Assembly (NCBI GenBank): GCA_965203785.1
Contig: OZ241911.1
Location: 672,540 to 736,539 of the forward strand
DNA length: 64,000 bases
Origin: Bdellovibrionales bacterium
GTDB lineage: Bacteria > Bdellovibrionota > Bdellovibrionia > Bdellovibrionales > UBA1609
Direction of reading: 5' to 3'
Shown: positions 20,164 to 27,311 of the stretch, in pieces
Position numbering within the stretch: the first letter of the stretch is position 1
Layout of the letters: every line of letters begins with the position of its first letter
The notes under the pieces: model-generated
What the model was told of the DNA's origin: nothing
Seen by the model: only the letters and a program-made list of their open reading frames with translations
The model's database searches: none
Position numbers and translations under genes: made by a program

Positions 20164-20466
20164 ATGAAAATCTATCCTTTAAGAAAAGAATACTTAGTAA
20201 GTTACGATGTAGAAGATAATAAAATTCGCACCAGTGTTTTTAAACAATTAGAGCAATATGGATTAAAGCCAGTGCAAAAATCTGTTTTTTGGGGGTATTT
20301 AACATTGGCAGAGTTAAACGGTGTTAAAAGATATTTGAAAGATAGTTTAACAGAAAAAGATAAAGCTTTTATTACATACACTAATTTTAATAATTCAGTA
20401 GGGAGTTATTTTGTCGGTCACACAGAAGAAGATTTTAGAGATTGGGAAGAAACGGGAGTTATCTAA
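20164..20466 (+). CDS. cas2: Cas2
   Basis: I prefer the internal ATG at 20164 (MKIYPLRKEYLVSYDVEDNKIRTSVFKQLEQYGLKPVQKSVFWG), a typical Cas2 beta1-alpha1 start. The track ORF begins at 20119. Confidence 0.88.
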   Translation: MKIYPLRKEYLVSYDVEDNKIRTSVFKQLEQYGLKPVQKSVFWGYLTLAELNGVKRYLKDSLTEKDKAFITYTNFNNSVGSYFVGHTEEDFRDWEETGVI

Positions 20467-21031
20467 TAGTATTCCGGTTAATTTAATTCGTCAATGGTGC
20501 TATTGCCCTAGGGTGGTGTATTATATGGAGCTTACGAATGTAGCTTTTCATCGTCCAGTATGGGTTAAGCAGGGGGAGGTTTTTCATAATAGAGAAGAAA
20601 CATTGTGGAATCGTCGCAATTTATCTAGATTTAATTTAAACAGTGGTAAAAAGTATCATAATTTACATGTCAGGGACAGTGATTTAGGTTTGCATGGTAT
20701 TGTAGATATGGCGATTGAAACTGATAAAGCTATTTATGCAGTGGAGTTTAAATTATCGGCAAATTGTAAAAAGCGTGGTGATCAATTACAGTTAGTGGCC
20801 TATTCTATGTTGTTAGAAAAAATGTTTTTAAAATCTAGTCCAATTGGTTTTTTAGTAGGTAAAGGGGATATATTACATATTATTTCTATAGATAAAAATA
20901 AAAGAGAAAGTGTAATAGATAGTGTTAAACAAATAAGACTTATGTTAAAGCAAGGGGTGAAGCCAGATTCTAGTGCAACTGTGTTCCAATGTTGCAATTG
21001 TGAGTATGTTAATTTTTGTAACGATAGATAG
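20411..21031 (+). CDS. cas4: Cas4 (RecB-like nuclease with Fe-S cysteines)
   Basis: N-terminal Cys (QWCYCPR), nuclease motif DMAIE...YAVEFKLS, and a C-terminal Cys cluster CCNCEYVNFC. The exact start is uncertain (TTG in the track, overlapping cas2). Confidence 0.88.
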   Translation: MSVTQKKILEIGKKRELSNSIPVNLIRQWCYCPRVVYYMELTNVAFHRPVWVKQGEVFHNREETLWNRRNLSRFNLNSGKKYHNLHVRDSDLGLHGIVDMAIETDKAIYAVEFKLSANCKKRGDQLQLVAYSMLLEKMFLKSSPIGFLVGKGDILHIISIDKNKRESVIDSVKQIRLMLKQGVKPDSSATVFQCCNCEYVNFCNDR

Positions 21032-21055
21032 TAATGTATTATATGGGGTATTACA

Positions 21056-21091
21056 ATTTCAGTTGTTTAGAAGATTTCAGCTGTTTAGAAA
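21056..21091 (+). repeat. two tandem 18-nt units (ATTTCAGTTGTTTAGAAG / ATTTCAGCTGTTTAGAAA) resembling the 5' half of the crRNA-sense repeat
   Basis: Unit 1 vs the crRNA-sense repeat start GTTTCAGTTGCTAGGAA gives 13/17 identical, including TTTCAGTTG. Lies 25 nt after the cas4 stop, in the opposite orientation to the array repeats. Confidence 0.6.
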
Positions 21092-21155
21092 GGGTATTAT
21101 GTGTTCTTTTAAAATTTTTTAAAAAATCCTGTCTTAATATTTTAGCTACTAAAAT

Positions 21156-21398
21156 TTACCACACTTCCTTTCCTATTGGCATATAATTATCTTCTTTTAA
21201 TGGTAAATTGTTTTTTGTAATCTTAGATATCATTTTTTTTAAGTTAATAGATTTTGACTTCTGAAGAAGAATAATAATTTTTTGATCATTATATTTAATT
21301 TCAATTTCAGAGTTAAATTTTAATTTTGCTTTTTTAACAATTGTTTTTGGTATTTTAACTCCTAAACCATTACCCCATTTTTGTAATTTTACTACCAT
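21156..21398 (-). CDS. MazE/AbrB (SpoVT) family antitoxin-like protein, no adjacent toxin gene
   Basis: MVVKLQKWGNGLGVKIPKTIV... and the C-terminal ...PIGKEVW parallel E. coli MazE (VKRWGNSPAVRIP ... KDKEVW). Only 124 nt lie downstream before cas4, with no MazF-size ORF. Confidence 0.8.
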   Translation of the reverse strand: MVVKLQKWGNGLGVKIPKTIVKKAKLKFNSEIEIKYNDQKIIILLQKSKSINLKKMISKITKNNLPLKEDNYMPIGKEVW

Positions 21399-21473
21399 TG
21401 TTAAACTCCTATTTTTTAGAAAATATAATTACTATTACTGACATTTATTTCAACATTTTAGTTTGTTGTTGAT

Positions 21474-21500
21474 AAATAAAAAATCGCCCAAGAAGGCGAT
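21474..21500 (-). terminator. intrinsic terminator of the tracrRNA
   Basis: Minus-strand hairpin ATCGCC-TTCTTG-GGCGAT followed by TTTTTATTT. Confidence 0.65.
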
Positions 21501-21622
21501 ATTTTATTCCTTATCAAGTAAGGATAGACGTGGCATTGCCAGAGGTCCATTCAAAATACTTTTTGATGATTACAGAGCATCAAAAATAATGTTATACTAT
21601 ATAATAGTATATGATGGTTTTT
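21474..21622 (-). ncRNA. tracrRNA (ends approximate)
   Basis: Minus-strand reading from 21600: ATAGTATAACATTATTTTTGATGCTCTGTAATCATCAAAAAGTATTTTGAATGGACCTCTGGCAATGCCACGTCT... The 5' part is an imperfect anti-repeat (12 bp perfect, 1-nt bulge, 4 bp plus 2 G:U). The tail closely parallels the FnCas9 tracr/sgRNA scaffold (GCUCUGUAAUCAUUUAAAAGUAUUUUGAACGGACCUCUG..CACGUCU, from memory). Possible promoter TTGAGA-N18-TATACT at 21658-21629. Confidence 0.8.
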
Positions 21623-21751
21623 ACAAAAAGTATAGAGTTTTGTTGGTTTTTTTCTCAAAATTGTATCATTTGGATACAATTAATTTGTTTGAGAGGGAAA
21701 AACAAGTTTCCCCCTTTCTAAAACCCAATCTTTTTGGGCTATTAGAAAGGG

Positions 21752-24375
21752 GTCTCAATAGTATAACATATTTCCTAGCAACTGAAACTTTACAGCAGAC
21801 ACACTCCACTCAATGCCCAACTCGTCTCAATAGTATAACATATTTCCTAGCAACTGAAACTTGACATTGTCATGTTTTTTCGTAGCAACATTTCGTCTCA
21901 ATAGTATAACATATTTCCTAGCAACTGAAACTCAAATGTTTTTAATGGAGTTTGTGCTAACAAGTTGTCTCAATAGTATAACATATTTCCTAGCAACTGA
22001 AACCTGGATTGAGATTGGATCATTATAATCACCCTTGGTGTCTCAATAGTATAACATATTTCCTAGCAACTGAAACCTATTTGCCCAGCATCATTCTTAA
22101 TTAAAGTCCTTGTCTCAATAGTATAACATATTTCCTAGCAACTGAAACGAATTGATGATACTTATCAAACTAAAAGAGCAACTTGTCTCAATAGTATAAC
22201 ATATTTCCTAGCAACTGAAACTCCGACAAGCAACCTAGCCAGAACCCATTGCCTAGTCTCAATAGTATAACATATTTCCTAGCAACTGAAACTCCCCGTC
22301 ATCTAACATAGGATCGTTACCTAAATCTGTCTCAATAGTATAACATATTTCCTAGCAACTGAAACCACCTGACCGTGCCTTACCATACCTTTAGCTAAAA
22401 GTCTCAATAGTATAACATATTTCCTAGCAACTGAAACTGGTTCGCAATCAAAAGAAATGATGTTACAGGTAATGTCTCAATAGTATAACATATTTCCTAG
22501 CAACTGAAACGCTAATATAAGAGTTAATTTAAATAAAGCTGTTTTGTCTCAATAGTATAACATATTTCCTAGCAACTGAAACTAATAGGCCATTCTTGGG
22601 GGATCAGATACATTTAAGTCTCAATAGTATAACATATTTCCTAGCAACTGAAACGACTATAGGCTATGCTATTAGTATATTAACCTAAAGTCTCAATAGT
22701 ATAACATATTTCCTAGCAACTGAAACTTTGTAAGTGCTATGAGGACACCGAATTGTAAGCAGTCTCAATAGTATAACATATTTCCTAGCAACTGAAACAG
22801 TGACTAAGAACACAGCATAGTTAACTTTAGCACGTCTCAATAGTATAACATATTTCCTAGCAACTGAAACATCAAACTACAAATTACAGACTTGTCTGTA
22901 GTAATGTCTCAATAGTATAACATATTTCCTAGCAACTGAAACCTAAGCGGTCTCTAAAATAACTCATTCGACTATAAGTCTCAATAGTATAACATATTTC
23001 CTAGCAACTGAAACACTTATACGGAATGATTAAACCAGTTAGTAAAAAAGTCTCAATAGTATAACATATTTCCTAGCAACTGAAACAGCAATAAGCGGAA
23101 TCGAACATAGTTTTTAAAGCGGTCTCAATAGTATAACATATTTCCTAGCAACTGAAACTTATTATCGTAAATCTGATTTGTCGCTAACTGACGTCTCAAT
23201 AGTATAACATATTTCCTAGCAACTGAAACTCTTTGTTCTCCAAATAAAACTTGTCTCCCTTATCGTCTCAATAGTATAACATATTTCCTAGCAACTGAAA
23301 CGTCTGCGGACAATTGTCTTTTAGTGTGTTCTAAAGTCTCAATAGTATAACATATTTCCTAGCAACTGAAACGCACTTGTAATTCTCTCACTTGCTTTAA
23401 CTACACTGTCTCAATAGTATAACATATTTCCTAGCAACTGAAACACTTATACGGAATGATTAAACCAGTTAGTAAAAAAGTCTCAATAGTATAACATATT
23501 TCCTAGCAACTGAAACAAGATATAAAATTCCTTTTGTCCTCTTTGGCTGTCGTCTCAATAGTATAACATATTTCCTAGCAACTGAAACCACAACACCTCG
23601 TATAACCATGCACTGGGTCAGAGTCTCAATAGTATAACATATTTCCTAGCAACTGAAACTAATACAAGTCCTTCTTAGATGTCGAAAGCCATATAGTCTC
23701 AATAGTATAACATATTTCCTAGCAACTGAAACACCATGGCTATTGTAAGAAATATTGATCTAAATGAGTCTCAATAGTATAACATATTTCCTAGCAACTG
23801 AAACTTTTTCGCTCAAAACTCAACAAATCAGCCTCTATGTCTCAATAGTATAACATATTTCCTAGCAACTGAAACTTTTCGTCCAGCCACTTAAACCTGC
23901 ACACATACCGTCTCAATAGTATAACATATTTCCTAGCAACTGAAACTAGTGGTTAATGCAGTTAAACTTTGAGTTAAAGCTGTCTCAATAGTATAACATA
24001 TTTCCTAGCAACTGAAACTCTTCCCTCTCAACTAAAAACCACCTTAACTTTTGTCTCAATAGTATAACATATTTCCTAGCAACTGAAACTTATTATCGTA
24101 AATCTGATTTGTCGCTAACTGACGTCTCAATAGTATAACATATTTCCTAGCAACTGAAACGTTTCTCCGAACCACGAATTATCTAATCTTTGAACGTCTC
24201 AATAGTATAACATATTTCCTAGCAACTGAAACGCATTTAAAAATGTATATAAAAGGAAGGAAGCCGTCTCAATAGTATAACATATTTCCTAGCAACTGAA
24301 ACTCGACTCCGCTTGCCTTTACTAATATCCATTATGGCGTCTCAATAGTATAACATATTTCCTAGCAACTGAAAC
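21752..24375 (-). CRISPR. CRISPR array, 37 repeats / 36 spacers
   Basis: 37 identical copies of GTCTCAATAGTATAACATATTTCCTAGCAACTGAAAC (37 bp, + strand reading) with 33-36-bp spacers, period ~72 bp. The minus-strand reading GTTTCAGTTGC... matches the start of the F. novicida II-B crRNA repeat and pairs with the minus-strand tracrRNA, so transcription is predicted right-to-left. Array presence is certain; orientation confidence is ~0.75. Confidence 0.95.
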
Positions 24376-24479
24376 ACATGTAAAACATAATCTTGATAAA
24401 ACTTATGAACCAGAAGAAGAACCTAAAAACTATCCAAATAAAAAAATGAAGACGGTACATACAGATTAATTATTATATG
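24376..24479 (-). promoter_or_regulatory. putative CRISPR leader (if the array is minus-strand transcribed)
   Basis: 104-bp AT-rich segment between the stop of the co-oriented ATPase gene (24480) and the first repeat in crRNA sense. I could not identify a clean -35/-10. Confidence 0.4.
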
Positions 24480-25616
24480 TTATACAAACTTTTTACTCCA
24501 TAATTTTTTAAGAAAAACTTTATAAGGTAAAACTAAAAATTGATTTTCTATCAATCGTGGACGATCTTCTAAACAAACAATCATTTTATATTTAAAATTA
24601 ATTTCTTCGCATAATGCTTTTAAATTTTTTATATCCCTTGTTTGAATATGATGACTGGCTTTTACTTCTATAGCTATATTATTTCCTATTATAAAATCCA
24701 CTTCTTGATGGTTTTTAGATCTCCAAAAACAAAAAGATCTATCGTCTTGAGCATATTTAAGGTAAGCATTTATTTCGTTAAAGATAAAATGTTCAAATAA
24801 AGGACCAAACTCTTTAGATTGTGGTGTAATATTCCAAATATTGAGAAGAGCATTCCGTACACCTATATCGAAAAAATAAAATTTATGTATACTGACTGAT
24901 TTTCTTTTATGTGTTTTTTTGTAAGGTGGAAGTAAATACCCTATAAAAGTATCTTGTAAAATCTGGTAATATTCTTTAATTGTTTTTGAAGATACTCCAA
25001 TATCATTTGCAATGTTGCTATAATTGATTAATTGAGCATTAGTTTTTCCAGCTAAATCTAAAAACAACGAAAATGGTCTTAGTTGTCGTGTTAAACCTTC
25101 TACTTGTATTTCTTCTTTTAAATAAGTTTGTATGTAAGATTGTAACATTGGTTTAGGGTTTTTAATAGGATATATCGAAGGTAAAGAACCAAAATTAATT
25201 ATTTTTTGTAAATCAAAATGAGGTATTTCTTTACTAACAAGAGGAAAAAGTTGTTGATAAATAGCACGACCTCCTAATAAATTAGCACCACCACGTTTTA
25301 ACTTTCTGGCACTGGAGCCTGTAAGAATAAAAGGTATATGATAATTTTCTATTAAATGATGTATTTCATCTAATAAAATAGGAATTTTTTGGATTTCATC
25401 AATAATAATAGGTTTTTTAATTTTTTGTGCTACAATTTCTTCTCTAAATTTATGAGGCCATTTAGAAAAGCGTAAAAACAAATCCGACTTTAATAAATCA
25501 TAATAAGTAGCTTTAGGAAATTTTTTACGGAGCCAGTACGATTTGCCAGTTTGCCTGGGTCCAAACAAAAATAATGCTTTTGAAAAATGTAAATTAACTA
25601 TTCTTTTAAAAATCAT
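24480..25616 (-). CDS. AAA_14-type ATPase with C-terminal DUF4143 / PD-(D/E)xK-like nuclease motif
   Basis: Walker A LFGPRQTGKSYW, Walker B IIIDEIQ, ILTGSSARKL..LLGGRA, and C-terminal EVDFIIGNNIAIEVKAS (D..ExK). Paralog at 59213-60373. Confidence 0.8.
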   Translation of the reverse strand: MIFKRIVNLHFSKALFLFGPRQTGKSYWLRKKFPKATYYDLLKSDLFLRFSKWPHKFREEIVAQKIKKPIIIDEIQKIPILLDEIHHLIENYHIPFILTGSSARKLKRGGANLLGGRAIYQQLFPLVSKEIPHFDLQKIINFGSLPSIYPIKNPKPMLQSYIQTYLKEEIQVEGLTRQLRPFSLFLDLAGKTNAQLINYSNIANDIGVSSKTIKEYYQILQDTFIGYLLPPYKKTHKRKSVSIHKFYFFDIGVRNALLNIWNITPQSKEFGPLFEHFIFNEINAYLKYAQDDRSFCFWRSKNHQEVDFIIGNNIAIEVKASHHIQTRDIKNLKALCEEINFKYKMIVCLEDRPRLIENQFLVLPYKVFLKKLWSKKFV

Positions 25617-25837
25617 TAATTGTAATAGTAATTTATGGCAGATAAATTAGCAATGTAAAAATCATATATTTTGAAGTATTACTTCAAAATAGATCTTTAT
25701 TTTGGAGTAAAAGTTTGTTTTTGCTGTTTTTGAAAAAATACAAAAAAATTATATTTTTTATAGAATTTTGAGGTTTTCTATACACTTTCTACAAGATTTT
25801 AGGTATTTTCTATAAAAAAAGCTAGAATATAAAGAGC

Positions 25838-26017
25838 ATGAATAAACCAAGTAATCCTTTTAATCCTAATTCAATAGTAGCACCAACATTATTTGCTGGA
25901 AGAAGCCAGCAAGTTTTTAATATTTTAAAAAAGCTATCTAATGTTAAGGAAGGGCAACATGCCAGCTTTATTTTACATGCATTTTGGTCATTTTTGAGCA
26001 GATCATTCACAACCTGA
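25838..26017 (+). pseudogene. 59-codon stub resembling the N-terminus of an NTPase (possible gene remnant)
   Basis: My translation: MNKPSNPFNPNSIVAPTLFAGRSQQVFNILKKLSNVKEGQHASFILH... The NPF..P....F.GR..E/Q pattern is typical of the region preceding the P-loop in AAA/Arch-ATPase-like proteins. The ORF stops before any P-loop. Confidence 0.3.
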
Positions 26018-26082
26018 TCAAAAAAGCCAATTTTTGAGCAAATTATATTGTAAAATATAAAAAAATATATTAGTGTTGAACG

Positions 26083-27135
26083 ATGATAAAGACTTTAGTT
26101 AATTTACCAACAAAATTGGAATTAAACTCCGATCGTGTTTTAAAAAAACTTGTATTAGCTCATCGTTATTTAGCGGAGCTTAAGGGTATAGTAAATATTC
26201 TTCCAAATAAGAACATTTTGTTTTCAAATGTCTTATTAAAGGAGGCAAAGGATAGCTCTGCCATTGAGAACATTATTACTACTCAAGATAGTTTATATAA
26301 ACATCACATTCAGTTAGATTTAAAACACAGTGCCAATAAAGAAGTGTCTAATTATTCAAAAGCATTAGCTATTGGGTATCAAAAAGTAAAAAAACAAGGA
26401 GGTATTTCTATTAAAACCATTTTGTACATTCAAAGTGTGATTGAACCGAAACGGGCAGGTTTTCGTAGAATTCCTGGGACAGTGATAAAAAACATGATGA
26501 CTGGTCAAGTAATTTATAAACCTCCAACGCCAGAAAAAATCTCCAAACTTATGTATCAGTTAGAAAAATTTATATATACAAATTCTATGGACCCTCTTAT
26601 TAAAATGGCACTTATTCATCATTATTTTGAAAGCATTCACCCTTTCTATAATGGCAATGGTAGGACAGGTCGTATTATAAATATTTTGTATTTGATTCAG
26701 CAAAATCTTTTAAACAGTCCTGTATTATATATTAGTAAATATATTTTAAAACATAAAGCTGATTATTATAAATTATTGCAACAAGTAAGAAAAAAAAATA
26801 ACTGGGCTGACTGGATTGTTTATATGTTAGAGGCTGTTTCTATTACATCTATGGATACTATACAGTTGATTAAGAAATTGGATTCTTTATTTAAAGAGTA
26901 TAAAAAAAATATTCGTACTCAGCACAAATTTTATTCTCATGAGCTAATTAACAATATTTTTATTCACCCTTATACAAAAGTGAAGTTTTTAGAGCAAGAG
27001 ATGAAAGTATCTCGTGCAACAGCTAGTCGTTATTTAGATTTGTTAGCAAGAGATGGTATTTTAGAAAAAAATAGATTGGGTAAAGAGAATTATTATATTA
27101 ACAAAAGGTTATTTAATTTATTACAAAAGTATTAA
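26083..27135 (+). CDS. Fic family protein (AMPylase-type fold) with N-terminal inhibitory motif and C-terminal wHTH-like region
   Basis: Fic motif HPFYNGNGRTGR (N where canonical HxFx[D/E]GNGRxxR has D/E). Upstream SSAIEN fits the [S/T]xxxE[G/N] auto-inhibition motif. Confidence 0.9.
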   Translation: MIKTLVNLPTKLELNSDRVLKKLVLAHRYLAELKGIVNILPNKNILFSNVLLKEAKDSSAIENIITTQDSLYKHHIQLDLKHSANKEVSNYSKALAIGYQKVKKQGGISIKTILYIQSVIEPKRAGFRRIPGTVIKNMMTGQVIYKPPTPEKISKLMYQLEKFIYTNSMDPLIKMALIHHYFESIHPFYNGNGRTGRIINILYLIQQNLLNSPVLYISKYILKHKADYYKLLQQVRKKNNWADWIVYMLEAVSITSMDTIQLIKKLDSLFKEYKKNIRTQHKFYSHELINNIFIHPYTKVKFLEQEMKVSRATASRYLDLLARDGILEKNRLGKENYYINKRLFNLLQKY

Positions 27136-27247
27136 GCAAATCAGACTTTAAGTCTTTGTTGTTTGTTTCTTTGCTTGCTTACTTACTTGTTTTTCTTTCT
27201 TTGGTTGTTTTTAGAAATACTATATTGTATTATTTTTTAGTAAAAGT

Positions 27248-27285
27248 GTTTCAAATAGTATAACATATTTCCTAGCAACTGAAAC
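27248..27285 (-). repeat. orphan, near-intact CRISPR repeat
   Basis: GTTTCAAATAGTATAACATATTTCCTAGCAACTGAAAC vs the array repeat shows one C>T and one extra A, both at the end corresponding to the crRNA 3' end. The remaining bases are identical. Lies 2873 bp beyond the array. Confidence 0.9.
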
Positions 27286-27311
27286 TTGTTTATAAAGAAT
27301 TACTGTTATTT

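Noticed and set aside
21032-21155. Search for a MazF-type toxin partner downstream of the MazE-like gene
   Set aside because: Only 124 nt are available and there is no ORF of useful length on either strand. I treat the antitoxin as solo rather than inventing a toxin.
21463-21864. 133-aa + strand ORF spanning the cas4-array gap
   Set aside because: It overlaps the tracrRNA region on the opposite strand and runs into the array. Its C-terminus is just the translated CRISPR repeat (LNSITYFLATET twice). Not a gene.
24468-24486. Partial inverted repeat-like match ATATGTTATAC at the leader/ATPase stop
   Set aside because: Only 11 nt in AT-rich DNA, with no flanking similarity to the repeat. Compatible with chance.
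25822-26010. 62-aa minus-strand ORF
   Set aside because: The opposite (+) strand gives a more protein-like NTPase-N-terminus translation. Neither is strong, and I list only the + strand stub, at low confidence.
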